From positions 512,001-576,000 of the forward strand of contig JBBCJC010000003.1 in assembly GCA_037189525.1 (NCBI GenBank): a DNA stretch of 64,000 nt. Reading direction: 5' to 3'. The translations under genes were made by a program, and so were the position numbers. This DNA comes from Gemmatimonadales bacterium. GTDB lineage: Bacteria > Gemmatimonadota > Gemmatimonadetes > Gemmatimonadales > GWC2-71-9. Positions 9,657 through 19,668 of this stretch are shown here, piece by piece; positions within the stretch are counted from its first letter, which is position 1; each line of letters begins with the position of its first letter. Under the pieces are notes generated by a model. It made no database searches, was not told the origin of the DNA, and saw nothing but the letters and a program-made list of their open reading frames with translations.

Positions 9657-11453
9657 ATGATCCCTGACGAGCTGATCGAGCAGGTGCGCGACTCGGCCGA
9701 TCTGGTCGAAGTGGTCGGCGAGGCGGTCAGTCTCAAACGGACTGGCGCCGACTGGCGAGGCCCCTGTCCGTTCCACGGCGGGACTCATCGCAATTTTGCC
9801 GTGGTGCCCAAGAAGGGACTCTACTACTGCTATGTCTGTCATGCCGCGGGCGATGTCTTCACCTTCCTGATGAAGCGGTTCGGGATGGACTATCCGACCG
9901 CGGTGCGTGAGGTGGCTCGCCGGGTCGGCATCGTGATTCCCGAACAGGGCGCGCGCGAGGGACCGGACCCGCGGGAGCCGCTCTACGGCGCGATGAGCGT
10001 TGCGCAGGAATGGTTTGCCACCCGCCTGCGCGAAGGCCCCGATGCGGAGCAGGCGAGGCGCTATCTCGAGTCGCGCGAGTTACCCCTGACGGTCGCGGCC
10101 GAATGGGGGCTCGGCTTTGCGCCCCGCGATCGCGCTTTTGCCGATGCGATGCGCCAGCTCGGTCTGGACGAACGGGTGATGCTCGACGTCGGCCTGCTGG
10201 TTCGCCGGGACGACGGCACCGTGATCCCGCGATTCCGTGGCCGGCTGCTCTTTCCGATTCGCGATCAGCGCGGGCGCGTCGTGGCGTTTGGCGGGCGCAT
10301 CCTGGGCTCGGGCGAACCCAAGTATCTCAATAGTCCGGAGTCGCCGATCTTCCACAAGGGGACGGGACTCTACAACCTGCATCAGGCCAAGCACGCGATT
10401 CGCAAAGATGGTCACGCCATCGTGGTCGAGGGCTACTTCGACGTGATCCGATTGGTCGAAGCCGGAATCGAGTCGGTGGTCGCTCCCCTGGGAACCGCTC
10501 TCACTGCGGACCAAGCGACTCTGCTGCGCCGCTTTGCGCCGACCGTACTCCTGCTGTACGACTCCGATGCGGCCGGGCTCAAGGCCACCTTCCGCGCCGG
10601 CGACGAATGCCTCCGCAATGGACTGCGGGTGCGCGTGGCCACGATGCCCGAGGGTGAAGATCCCGACACCCTGGTGCGCACCGGCGGCCCGGCGGCGCTC
10701 AACCGGATCCTCGACGATGCGGTCGATGTGGTGGAGCGCAAAATCCAACTGCTCGAACGTCGCGGCTGGTTCGAAGGGGTGGAGCGGCGGCGGGAGGCGC
10801 TGGACCGCTTGCTGCCGACCATTCGCGCGGCCAGCGATCCGATTGCCCGCGACCTCTATATCGGTCGGGTCGCGGAGCGGGTCGGGCTCACCCGCGCGGT
10901 GCTGGAACAGGAGCTCACTGCCGCGCCGAAACCATCGGCACCGCGGCAGCCGGTTCGTCCGGCACCGCCGTCGGTCGATCGCCGGCCGGCGCGGCCGGAG
11001 CGCCGCCGGACCGGGACGCGCGCCGAAGCGGTGCTGCTGCAACTGATGATCCATGACGGCAGCTGGAGGGCGCGTGCCAGGCGCGAATTGGCGGTCGAGC
11101 GATTCGACGTGCCCACCTTCCGGGAAATTTACGGTGCGCTGGTCGCCCTCCCGGACGCGGCGCCGGCTAGCGACGCGCTTGCCGCGCTGGCACCGCAGGC
11201 CGCGGCGGCCTGGCAGCGCCTCGCGGAGCACGCGGCGGCACTCGACGGCCAGGATCTCGATGCCGTCTACGCTGCGGAACTGACCCGGCTGGATGAGCGC
11301 GATGCCCTCCGCGCGTTGCCGCCGCAGATCGAAATCGGTCCCCGTTCGATGTCCAAACAGCAACTCTCCCCGGCGGCCAAAGCACGGTTCGTCTGGGAGA
11401 AACAGAAGGCCAACTCCCCATCGCGTCCACCGGACGCTCGACGTGAAGGATGA
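9657..11453 (+). CDS. dnaG: DNA primase
   Basis: Zn-binding CPFH...CYVC, RFRGRLLFPI, PKYLNSPE, TOPRIM VEGYFDV and YDSDAAG, EDPD. Confidence 0.97.
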   Translation: MIPDELIEQVRDSADLVEVVGEAVSLKRTGADWRGPCPFHGGTHRNFAVVPKKGLYYCYVCHAAGDVFTFLMKRFGMDYPTAVREVARRVGIVIPEQGAREGPDPREPLYGAMSVAQEWFATRLREGPDAEQARRYLESRELPLTVAAEWGLGFAPRDRAFADAMRQLGLDERVMLDVGLLVRRDDGTVIPRFRGRLLFPIRDQRGRVVAFGGRILGSGEPKYLNSPESPIFHKGTGLYNLHQAKHAIRKDGHAIVVEGYFDVIRLVEAGIESVVAPLGTALTADQATLLRRFAPTVLLLYDSDAAGLKATFRAGDECLRNGLRVRVATMPEGEDPDTLVRTGGPAALNRILDDAVDVVERKIQLLERRGWFEGVERRREALDRLLPTIRAASDPIARDLYIGRVAERVGLTRAVLEQELTAAPKPSAPRQPVRPAPPSVDRRPARPERRRTGTRAEAVLLQLMIHDGSWRARARRELAVERFDVPTFREIYGALVALPDAAPASDALAALAPQAAAAWQRLAEHAAALDGQDLDAVYAAELTRLDERDALRALPPQIEIGPRSMSKQQLSPAAKARFVWEKQKANSPSRPPDARREG

Positions 11454-11461
11454 CGTAACTC

Positions 11462-12175
11462 ATGCATGCTGAACTGATGAAATTGCTTGACCTCCAAATC
11501 CGCGACCTCAGTCTCGTCGAAATCGACGCCCGGCTCGGTTCGATTCTGGCCGAGATTGCCAAACTCGATTCGGAACTCGAAGCCGGCCGGCGCGAAGTCC
11601 AGGTGGCCGAGAAGCGCCTGGCCGATGGCGTGGCCAAGCGCGGCGATCTGGAAGGGCGGATCGAGGGCTATCGCGCCGTCGAATCCCGCCGGAAGGAACG
11701 GCTCGAGCTGGCGCGCGGCGCGCGTGAGGCGCAGGCCGTCATGACGGAAGTCGAAATGGCGCGCGCGGTCCTGGCGCGCGAAGAACAGGAATGGGTCAAG
11801 GTGGCCGAAGGCGTGACCGATCTCGAGCGGGGCGCCAAGACCAGCCGGGAGCGCCTGGCGGAAGCCGAAGCCAAGCAGGCGGACGAGCGCGCCCGGCTTG
11901 CTGCGGAGCAGGCGAAGCTGGAGGGCGAACGGGACGCGGCGCGCAGCGAGCGCAACAGCGCGGCCGGTCTGATCGATCGCGGTCTGCGGGCGCGCTATGA
12001 TCGCCTGCGCTCGGCGCGCTCGGTTGCGGTCGTGGTACCGCTCCGGGGTGAGGCGTGTGGCGCCTGTTACACCTCGGTGCCGCGGAACCGCCGGACCCAG
12101 ATTCGCGCCGGCATCCTGCTCGACAACTGCGAAGCGTGCGGCGTCATCCTGTACGCCGAGGACGTGTCCTCGTGA
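11462..12175 (+). CDS. Coiled-coil protein with C4-type zinc ribbon (DUF164/CT398-like)
   Basis: L..LQ..D N-terminus, long coiled coil, then CGAC...CEACG.ILY. Confidence 0.88.
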   Translation: MHAELMKLLDLQIRDLSLVEIDARLGSILAEIAKLDSELEAGRREVQVAEKRLADGVAKRGDLEGRIEGYRAVESRRKERLELARGAREAQAVMTEVEMARAVLAREEQEWVKVAEGVTDLERGAKTSRERLAEAEAKQADERARLAAEQAKLEGERDAARSERNSAAGLIDRGLRARYDRLRSARSVAVVVPLRGEACGACYTSVPRNRRTQIRAGILLDNCEACGVILYAEDVSS

Positions 12176-13911
12176 CGCAACCCGCGCTGCGTTGGCGGGT
12201 GGCGCCGCCTCCCGATCCCGACACAGCCCGGCAGTTGGCTCAATCCCTCGAGATCCCGCCTCCGCTGGCCCGGCTGCTGGTGCAGCGCGGCTATGGCGAG
12301 ACGGATACGGCCAAACGATTCCTCCGGCCGGAACTCCAGTCGCTCTCGGATCCCTACGCACTGGCCGGCATGGCCGATGCCGTCGAGGTCGTGGTGCGCA
12401 CCATTCGTGGCGGGCACCGGATCCTGGTCCACGGCGACTATGACGTCGACGGGCAGTGCGCCTCCGCGCTGCTGACCCGAGCGCTCCGCGCGGCAGGCGC
12501 CACGGTCGACGCGTTCGTGCCGCATCGGATGCGGGACGGCTACGACTTCGGGCCGGCAGGGTTGGCGCGCGCGCGCGAAATCGGCGCCCGCCTGATCCTG
12601 ACGTGTGACTGCGGGATCACCGCCGTCGACACGGTCCGGCAGGCCAGGGAAGCCGGGCTCGATGTCGTCGTCACCGACCATCACTTGCTGGGCCCGACAC
12701 CGCCTCCGGCCAACGCGATTCTCGATCCGCAGCGTCCCGATGACAACTCGGGGCTGGGCACGCTATGCGGTACCGGGGTCGCCTTCAAATTGGTGCAGGC
12801 GCTGGTGGAGCCGTTGGGATTGCCGGAATCGTTCCCGCTCCACTTCCTCGACTTCGTGGCCGTGGCAACCGTGGCCGACGTGGTGCCCTTGATTGGAGAG
12901 AATCGGGTCCTCGTCCGTCACGGACTCAAAGTGCTCAACAAAACCCGCTGGCCGGGGTTCCGCGCCTTGATTCAGAGCGCGGGGCTTGGCAACGCCGAGG
13001 TGCGCGCGTCGCAGGTGGGCTTCGTGCTGGGTCCGCGCCTCAATGCGGCCGGGCGGATCGGCGACGCCAACGACGGCTTGCGGCTCCTGCTCACCGATTC
13101 CGAGGCGGAAGCCGGCGCGCTTGCCGCGCAACTCGAGAAGCTCAACACCGAGCGGCAGGAACTCGATCAGCAGATCCTGGCGCAGGCCATCGACCGGGTG
13201 GAGCGGACCGTCGATCTCGATCGGACGGCGGGGCTGGTGCTGGCCTCGGACGGGTGGCATCCGGGCGTGGTCGGCATCGTCGCGTCGCGCGTGGTCGAGC
13301 GTTTCGGGCGGCCCGCGTTTCTGATCGGCTTGGCCGGCGACGTCGGCAAAGGGTCGGGCCGGAGCATTTCGCGCTTCGATCTGCACGGTGCGCTGCAGCA
13401 GTGCGGCGACCTGCTCGAGCGCTTCGGGGGCCATCGGATGGCGGCGGGTCTCACCGTGCGGCGTGATCGGGTCGACGAGTTTGCCGAACGTTTCGCGGCC
13501 GTCTGCGGCGAGCGGCTCGCGCCGAGCGACCTGGGGCCCGAACAGCGGGTCGATCTGGAAATCGGACTCGACGAAGCGACGGCCGATCTCGAACGGCTTT
13601 GTCGCCATCTCGAGCCGTGCGGAATGGGCAATCCGGGCCCGGTCTTCCTGACGCGTGATGCCCGGCTGGCCAGCTGGAGCTACATTGGGGCCAAGAACGA
13701 ACATCTCCGCGGGGTGCTCAAAACCGAGCGTGGCCGGCTCGATGTGATCGGGTTCCAGTTTGCCGACCGAACCGGCTGGTTGGGCAACGATCCGGTCGAT
13801 GCGGCATTCCGGCTCGAGCGGAACGTCTTCCGTGGTCAGGAGCAGTTGCAGGCAAAACTGGTCGGCATCACACCGGCCACGGGACGGATACTCGATCTCG
13901 ACCCGGCGTGA
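12172..13911 (+). CDS. recJ: ssDNA-specific exonuclease RecJ
   Basis: GDYDVDG, TCDCG, TDHH, TVADVVPL..ENR, GPRLNAAGR, GSGRS, GGHRMAAG. GTG 12172 overlaps the upstream stop. Confidence 0.96.
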   Translation: MTQPALRWRVAPPPDPDTARQLAQSLEIPPPLARLLVQRGYGETDTAKRFLRPELQSLSDPYALAGMADAVEVVVRTIRGGHRILVHGDYDVDGQCASALLTRALRAAGATVDAFVPHRMRDGYDFGPAGLARAREIGARLILTCDCGITAVDTVRQAREAGLDVVVTDHHLLGPTPPPANAILDPQRPDDNSGLGTLCGTGVAFKLVQALVEPLGLPESFPLHFLDFVAVATVADVVPLIGENRVLVRHGLKVLNKTRWPGFRALIQSAGLGNAEVRASQVGFVLGPRLNAAGRIGDANDGLRLLLTDSEAEAGALAAQLEKLNTERQELDQQILAQAIDRVERTVDLDRTAGLVLASDGWHPGVVGIVASRVVERFGRPAFLIGLAGDVGKGSGRSISRFDLHGALQQCGDLLERFGGHRMAAGLTVRRDRVDEFAERFAAVCGERLAPSDLGPEQRVDLEIGLDEATADLERLCRHLEPCGMGNPGPVFLTRDARLASWSYIGAKNEHLRGVLKTERGRLDVIGFQFADRTGWLGNDPVDAAFRLERNVFRGQEQLQAKLVGITPATGRILDLDPA

Positions 13912-14426
13912 CGCGGATCATCAGTGGTGAGTTCGGCGGCCGGCGTCTGGTCACGCCGGCCGACCGCCGGGTCCGACCGACGGCCGATCGCGTCCGCGAG
14001 GCCTGGTTCAGCATTCTCGGCCAGCGCGTCGTGGATGCCGTGGTTGTCGACTTGTTCGCCGGCAGCGGGGCGTTAGGCTTAGAGGCGGTCTCGCGCGGCG
14101 CGCGCCATGCCACGCTGGTCGATCTCAACCGCCCGTCGCTCGAGGCCATTCGCGCCAACGTGGACGCGCTTGGTCTTACCGATCGGGTCCGGATCGTTCG
14201 GGGCGACGTCTTTCGGTTCCTGGCGGGGACGTCCGGCCGCGCCTTTACCCTGGCCCTGGCCGATCCGCCCTATGGGTTGGGGATGGCGGCGCGGGTCGTG
14301 GCGCAGTTCCGTTCGGCGCCCTTTGCGGACCTGCTGGCCATCGAGCACCGAGCCGATGAAACCCTCCCGGAGGGCGAGACCCGGGGTTATGGAGACACTG
14401 CGGTGACTTTTTACGAGGCCCCATGA
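13908..14426 (+). CDS. rsmD: 16S rRNA m2G966 methyltransferase
   Basis: RIISG..GRRL, RPTADRVREA, DLFAGSGALGLEA.SRG, DPPY. Confidence 0.94.
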   Translation: MTRIISGEFGGRRLVTPADRRVRPTADRVREAWFSILGQRVVDAVVVDLFAGSGALGLEAVSRGARHATLVDLNRPSLEAIRANVDALGLTDRVRIVRGDVFRFLAGTSGRAFTLALADPPYGLGMAARVVAQFRSAPFADLLAIEHRADETLPEGETRGYGDTAVTFYEAP

Positions 14427-14902
14427 GCCGAATCGGCCTGTACGCGGGATCCTTCGACCCTCCGACGCGCGGCCACGAGGACGTGATCCGGCGGGCCGCA
14501 GCGTTGCTCGATCGGCTGGTCGTGGCCATTGCCATCAATCCCAACAAGCAGCCCGTCCTTCCGGTCGAAGAACGGCTCGACCTGTTCCGTCGCATCGTGG
14601 CCTTGCCCAATGTGACGTTCGAAACGTTCGAGGGATTGCTGGCCGATCGGGCTCGGACGCTTGGTGCGACCGTGCTGGTGCGCGGCATCCGTAACGCCGC
14701 CGACCTCGATCAGGAAACGCCGATGGCCGTGATGAACCGCCGCCTGCTCCCGGGGCTCGAGACGATTTTTCTGACGCCCTCGCCGGAGGTGAGTTTCGTG
14801 AGCGGTACGCTGGTACGTGAGGTCGCTCGCTTCGGAGGCGATGTGACGCCGATGGTCCACCCCGTCGTGGCCGAGGCGCTTGCGGCGCGGATGGCCCGAT
14901 GA
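14423..14902 (+). CDS. coaD: Phosphopantetheine adenylyltransferase
   Basis: YAGSFDPPTRGH, LVRGIR...D, ETIFL, SGTLVREVA.FGGD. Confidence 0.95.
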   Translation: MSRIGLYAGSFDPPTRGHEDVIRRAAALLDRLVVAIAINPNKQPVLPVEERLDLFRRIVALPNVTFETFEGLLADRARTLGATVLVRGIRNAADLDQETPMAVMNRRLLPGLETIFLTPSPEVSFVSGTLVREVARFGGDVTPMVHPVVAEALAARMAR

Positions 14903-15798
14903 CTCCGCTCGCATCGGTAGTGGCGCGCGCGGTCGAGCGGCGCGGACGGCTCGTCATGATCGACCAGGAAGACGGTTCGATCGAGCGGGCGGCCGAGGAA
15001 CTCCGGCAGCAGGGCATCGACGGGATCACGCTGATCGGGCAGGCCGGGATCGACCCCGCCGCCGATCCGCGGTTGGGGGAGATTGCCGCGGTATTGCGGG
15101 ATTGCTGGCCGGAACGGGTCCGCGACGGCATTCATGCGCTCGACCTGGCGGCGCATCCGCTCCTCTTTGCCGCGGGGCTGACCGTTCTCGGCCACGCGGA
15201 CGTCTGCCTGGCCGGCACGGCCGTGCCGATGGACGCCGTCGAGGAGGCGGCCCGATGGATTCTGGGCTCCGACCGCAGTCGGGTCCGCGGCCATCTTGCG
15301 TACCTGCTCACATTGGACGATCGTCTTTCGACGTTGGCCATTCCCGATTCCGCGGGGCCGCTGGATGCCCGGGCCATGGCGGAACTGGTCATGACGGCGG
15401 CCGGTCACCGGACCCGGGTCGTCGGCGACCAGCCGCGGGTCGGCTTCCTGGTTCCTCCGCCCAGCCAGGACGCCAGCCATGCGGACGCCGAGGTGGCCCT
15501 GAACGAACTCCGGACCCTGGCCCCCGGAATCTCGGCCTCGGTTGAGTGGGGGTGGAGCACCCCGTCGGAGGGGACGGAATCGGGCCGATTCCGCTCGGGG
15601 CCCAACGTTCTCATATTTCCTGATCCCGTTTCCGGTCACGTGGCCCAATTGGTGCTCCGGGATTCGGTCGGGCGCAAAGCATGGGGACCATTGTTTCCGG
15701 GAGGACGTTGGACTCTGGCAGGCGTACCCGAAGGTGCGACACCCTCGGATATCGTCGCGGTCGCGGCACTCGCGCTCGCCGGCGTGTCGAGGGCCTAA
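14899..15798 (+). CDS. Divergent phosphate acetyl/butyryltransferase (Pta-like) homolog, possibly inactive
   Basis: Recognisable Pta segments (P.LFAAG....G.AD..LAG, PRVGFL, NVLIFPD..SG, WGPL, SDIV.VAAL), but DLSRG and DGELQxDAA are not visible. Confidence 0.7.
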   Translation: MTPLASVVARAVERRGRLVMIDQEDGSIERAAEELRQQGIDGITLIGQAGIDPAADPRLGEIAAVLRDCWPERVRDGIHALDLAAHPLLFAAGLTVLGHADVCLAGTAVPMDAVEEAARWILGSDRSRVRGHLAYLLTLDDRLSTLAIPDSAGPLDARAMAELVMTAAGHRTRVVGDQPRVGFLVPPPSQDASHADAEVALNELRTLAPGISASVEWGWSTPSEGTESGRFRSGPNVLIFPDPVSGHVAQLVLRDSVGRKAWGPLFPGGRWTLAGVPEGATPSDIVAVAALALAGVSRA

Positions 15799-15811
15799 CG
15801 GGAGAGGATTC

Positions 15812-16147
15812 ATGGGCTTTACCAAGACGGCCAATGGCCGCGGGGTCACCGTGGTTCGGATCGAGGGCCAGCTCATCGTCGGTAATCGGCAAGAGCTCAA
15901 GGCATTGATCCAGGATTCGCTCGAGGCCGGTGACCGGAAGTTCCTAATCGACTGCAGCCAGACGGCCTACATCGATTCGTCCGGCCTCGGCGCCCTGGTG
16001 ACGATCTCCAAGAAGGTCCGCGAAAACGGAGGCGATCTCCGGCTCGCCGGCCTCAACGACGATCTCCGGTCGCTCTTCGAGCTTACCAAGCTCGACGCCC
16101 TCTTCACCATCGTGCCGACCGTCGACGACGGCTTGGCCGGGTTCTGA
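15812..16147 (+). CDS. STAS-domain anti-sigma-factor antagonist (RsbV/SpoIIAA-like)
   Basis: 111 aa with the phosphorylatable Ser motif YIDSSGLGAL and LFELTKLD.LF. ATG 15812 follows GGAGAGG. Confidence 0.93.
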   Translation: MGFTKTANGRGVTVVRIEGQLIVGNRQELKALIQDSLEAGDRKFLIDCSQTAYIDSSGLGALVTISKKVRENGGDLRLAGLNDDLRSLFELTKLDALFTIVPTVDDGLAGF

Positions 16148-16154
16148 CATCGCC

Positions 16155-16616
16155 GTGTCCTTCCGTCTGACCATCCACCGGACCGAGCCCGCGCCAAGCG
16201 AGGTGGGGCCGGTGGCTGTCGACCTCGCGATGCCGAGCGATGTCGATAAGGTCGGGACGGTGGTGGAGCTGATGGCGGGGCAGTGCTTTGCGGGGCAGGC
16301 GCCCTGCGCGCGGACCGCCTTCCGGCTCAAGGTCACCCTCGCAGAAGCCCTGAGCAACGCCATCCTGCGCGGCAACGGGGCCGATCCGGACAAGCAGGTC
16401 TTCGTCCATGCGGAGCTGACCTCGGAGGTCATCCGCCTCTCGGTCCAGGATCAGGGGCCCGGGCTCGACCCGGCTCGCTGGGAGGCGGGTCCGATCCTGC
16501 CCGAGGAACTCGAGTCCGAAGGTGGCCGCGGGCTTTTCATCATCAAGCATCTCGCCGATCAGGTTGGCTTCAGCGACCAGGGGAACACGATCTGGATGAC
16601 GCTGCCGCGCAGCTGA
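16155..16616 (+). CDS. Anti-sigma factor / Ser kinase (RsbW/SpoIIAB-like HATPase)
   Basis: N box EALSNAI, G1 VQDQGPG, G2 GGRGLFII..LADQV. Confidence 0.9.
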   Translation: MSFRLTIHRTEPAPSEVGPVAVDLAMPSDVDKVGTVVELMAGQCFAGQAPCARTAFRLKVTLAEALSNAILRGNGADPDKQVFVHAELTSEVIRLSVQDQGPGLDPARWEAGPILPEELESEGGRGLFIIKHLADQVGFSDQGNTIWMTLPRS

Positions 16617-18184
16617 GGCGCCTCAGGCCGGCCCTCGACGCGCTCGACGGAACTCTGCTTGCCCCGGAGCGCGTCTGGCGTTTCGGGGAGGTCGACACGC
16701 GCGTCCTGATCGGCCGTACTCCGGACTGGGTCCCGGCCGCCCCGGGCTTGGCCGGTTTGGTCGAAACGCCCGAGGGGCCGCGCTGGTTCGCCCCGATTAC
16801 CGAGGAGCCCGGTCTTTGGATCGAGGGCGACCCCGCACCCACCGAAGAACTGCGGCACACCTCCTCGGCCGCGATGATCGACCATCTCCTGCGCGTCGAC
16901 CGCGAAGTGGGGCGGCTGTCGCAGGAACTGGCCAGTCGCTATGAAGAGATCGACCTGCTCTACACCATCAGCGAAATCCTGGGGCAGACGGTTCGACTCG
17001 AACAGGCCTCGCGTACCATCATTCGCGCTGTCAGCAGCGTGGTCGGGGCGCGCCGGGCGTCGATCATGGTGCACGACGACCAGCAGGGAATCCTGCGCAC
17101 GGTCGCTTCGCAGGGGATTCCGCCTGGCCGGTCGGGGGTCGTGTCGATCGACGATCCGATTTCGATTGCGGCCCGGGTGTTCCGGACCCAGCGTCCGCTG
17201 ATCGGTGATCCGACCGAAGGGGTCATTTCCTCGGCAGGTACGGAGGAACGCGGCTACCAGGGCGTGGCGTTCATGAGCGTTCCGATCACCTACGCGGCGC
17301 CGGGCGCGCCGGCCCGTTGTATCGGCGTCGTCAACCTGACCGACCGGGTGGGCGGTGACCGATTCGGGCTGACCGATCGCAAGCTGGTCGCGGCGGTGGC
17401 CAATCAGATCGGCGCGGCGCTGGAGAATGCCCGGCTGGCGGAACGCGAGCGGGAGCAGGAACGGCTCGAACGCGAGCTCGAACTCGCCTCGACGCTGCAG
17501 CAGGGTCTGCTGCCGTCACCGGACGTGTTGGCCGGCGTGGCCGAGGTTGGGGTGCAATGCGTGCCCTTGGAGTCGGTCGGCGGCGACTTCTACGGCTTCA
17601 ATCGGTTGGGCGGAGGCGCGGTCGGCGTGATGGTGGGCGACGTGAGTTCCCACGGGTTTTCCGCGGCCCTCCTGATGGCGTCGGCGCTCGGTACCGCCGG
17701 CTTGCACGCGGCCGCCGCGGCCGGCGCGCCCGATGTGGTGCTTTCGGCGCTCAGGGCCACGCTGGCCGGGCAACTGACGTCGACCGAGAGCTTCATCACC
17801 ATGGTGTATGCCCGGATCGACCCGGCCGCCGGCCGGCTCGTCTTTGCCAACGCGGGCCACCCGCACGTGTTTCGGATTGCCGGTTCGGGAGAGTCATGGC
17901 GTCTCGAAGCCACTGCGCCTCCGCTGGGTCTGGGTGAAGACTCCATTGGATACCAGACGTCGCCCTGGGTCCCGGGTGAAGATCTCCTCTGCATCTTCAC
18001 CGACGGCGTCAGCGATGCCACCAATCCAACCGGCGAGCGCTTCGGCGAGCGACGGGTGCTGGATGCCGTGATCGCCCGACGTGCCCAGCAACCGTCGGCG
18101 ATCGTCGATGACGTCATGGCGCTGGTCGAAGGGTTCGGAACCGAACCGGCCGACGATCGCACCTTGCTCGTGCTCAGGGTCTGA
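16592..18184 (+). CDS. GAF-domain PP2C/SpoIIE phosphatase (RsbU-like); start uncertain (CTG 16592 proposed)
   Basis: GAF domain, then A..LQQGLLP, VGGDFY, GDVSSHG, NAGHP, FTDGVSDA, DDRT. Confidence 0.9.
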   Translation: MDDAAAQLRRLRPALDALDGTLLAPERVWRFGEVDTRVLIGRTPDWVPAAPGLAGLVETPEGPRWFAPITEEPGLWIEGDPAPTEELRHTSSAAMIDHLLRVDREVGRLSQELASRYEEIDLLYTISEILGQTVRLEQASRTIIRAVSSVVGARRASIMVHDDQQGILRTVASQGIPPGRSGVVSIDDPISIAARVFRTQRPLIGDPTEGVISSAGTEERGYQGVAFMSVPITYAAPGAPARCIGVVNLTDRVGGDRFGLTDRKLVAAVANQIGAALENARLAEREREQERLERELELASTLQQGLLPSPDVLAGVAEVGVQCVPLESVGGDFYGFNRLGGGAVGVMVGDVSSHGFSAALLMASALGTAGLHAAAAAGAPDVVLSALRATLAGQLTSTESFITMVYARIDPAAGRLVFANAGHPHVFRIAGSGESWRLEATAPPLGLGEDSIGYQTSPWVPGEDLLCIFTDGVSDATNPTGERFGERRVLDAVIARRAQQPSAIVDDVMALVEGFGTEPADDRTLLVLRV

Positions 18185-18198
18185 TCGGTTCTTTCGAC

Positions 18199-19008
18199 GT
18201 GGCCAAGAAGTTTCTCGGACAGCACTTCCTTTCCGATCCGCGGATCTTGAACCGGATCGCCGCGGCTTTGCCCGCCGAGCCGGGCGACGCCGTTCTGGAA
18301 ATCGGGCCGGGGAAGGGCGCTCTGACCGCCGCGCTGTTGGAACGCGGACTCGAGGTCACCGCCATCGAACGGGATCGCGATCTGATTCCGTTGCTTCGGA
18401 CTCGTTGGCCGGCCCTGCATCTGGTCGAGTCCGATGCGCTCGAGGTCGACTGGGCCGCGCTCATGTCCGCCGCCACGCGCCCCCGCTGGTTCGTCGCCGG
18501 CAACATTCCCTACAACATCACCTCCCCGCTGATCGACCGGGCGCTGATGGCTTGGCCGCTGCCTGCTGCGATCGTGTTCCTGGTGCAGAGGGAAGTCGCC
18601 CTGCGTCTTGCCGCGGAGCCGGGCACGCCCGACTACGGTGCGCTGTCGGTCGGCGCGCAGTCGACCGCCGTGGTCGAACGTCTCTTCAACGTCCCGGCCG
18701 GCGCCTTTCATCCGCCGCCCAAGGTCGACAGTGCCGTGGTCCGCCTGATCCCCAGACCCGAAGCCGATCGGCCGGCCGACCAGGCCGGGTTCCGCCGGAT
18801 GGTGGTCGGCCTCTTTGCGGCGCGCCGGAAACAGCTGGCCCGCGCCGTCCGGACCCTGCTGGACCTCGACGCCGCGGGAGCCGAGCGACTCCTGGCAGAC
18901 ACCGGCCTGGACCCGTCCCGCCGGGCCGAAACCCTCACGGTGGCCGAGTTCCGCCGACTTCATGAACGGATGATTGACGGGGGGCTGGGCGACCGACTAA
19001 CATTGTGA
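18199..19008 (+). CDS. rsmA: 16S rRNA m6,2A dimethyltransferase KsgA
   Basis: KKFLGQHFL, LEIGPGKGALT, GNIPYNITSPL, F.PPPKVDS, RRK.L, RAETL. Confidence 0.96.
   Translation: MAKKFLGQHFLSDPRILNRIAAALPAEPGDAVLEIGPGKGALTAALLERGLEVTAIERDRDLIPLLRTRWPALHLVESDALEVDWAALMSAATRPRWFVAGNIPYNITSPLIDRALMAWPLPAAIVFLVQREVALRLAAEPGTPDYGALSVGAQSTAVVERLFNVPAGAFHPPPKVDSAVVRLIPRPEADRPADQAGFRRMVVGLFAARRKQLARAVRTLLDLDAAGAERLLADTGLDPSRRAETLTVAEFRRLHERMIDGGLGDRLTL
18974..19003 (+). promoter_or_regulatory. Sigma70-type promoter for rex, inside the rsmA 3' end
   Basis: TTGACG (18974-18979), 18-bp spacer, TAACAT (18998-19003). Confidence 0.6.
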
Positions 19009-19020
19009 AAACTTTCACAT
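19003..19020. promoter_or_regulatory. Rex operator (ROP)
   Basis: TTGTGAAAACTTTCACAT matches the Rex consensus TTGTGAA-N4-TTCACAA at 13 of 14 specified positions, immediately upstream of rex. Confidence 0.85.
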
Positions 19021-19025
19021 GTTAC

Positions 19026-19646
19026 ATGCGGACTGTCGCCGATAATACTGTACGTCGCCTCTCGCTCTACCTCCGGTTCCTCGAGGATTTCCAGCACCAG
19101 GGAGCGACTACGGTCAGTTCCGAGGCGCTGGCAGCCCGCGGAGGCACCACGTCGGCACAGGTACGCAAAGACCTCTCGTTTTTCGGCTCTTTCGGCAAGC
19201 GGGGGTTGGGCTACTCGGTTCCGCAGCTGATCAAACGTCTCCGCGAAATCCTCGGCTTGGGGCGACCCTACCGGGTCGTAGTGGTCGGCGCCGGTAAGGT
19301 GGGCAGCGCCCTGGTCCAGTACCCGGGCTTCCGCGACCGGGGCTTCGACATCGTGGCCATCTACGATCATGACCCCCGGAAAATCGGGCAATCGTGGGAT
19401 GGTCTGGTCGTCCGGGACACCGCCGAGCTGGAGCATGATTGCAGCACGCTGGATCCCGACATCGGCGTCATCGTCACTCCGGCGGAAGCGGCCCAGGGCA
19501 TTGCCGACCGGATGGTGGCCTGCGGGGTCAAAGCCATCCTCAACTTCGCACCGGTCCAGCTGCACGTGCCGGATGACGTCACGGTCAAAACCGTCAATCT
19601 GGTGCTCGAACTGGAGGCATTGAGTTACGCGCTGGCGAGTCGGTAG
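19026..19646 (+). CDS. rex: Redox-sensing transcriptional repressor Rex
   Basis: T.RRLSLY, SAQVRKDLSFFGSFGKRGLGY, Rossmann GAGKVG.AL, AILNFAP. ATG 19026. Confidence 0.97.
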   Translation: MRTVADNTVRRLSLYLRFLEDFQHQGATTVSSEALAARGGTTSAQVRKDLSFFGSFGKRGLGYSVPQLIKRLREILGLGRPYRVVVVGAGKVGSALVQYPGFRDRGFDIVAIYDHDPRKIGQSWDGLVVRDTAELEHDCSTLDPDIGVIVTPAEAAQGIADRMVACGVKAILNFAPVQLHVPDDVTVKTVNLVLELEALSYALASR

Positions 19647-19668
19647 TACGCTCCGGTAGTTTCCTTCC

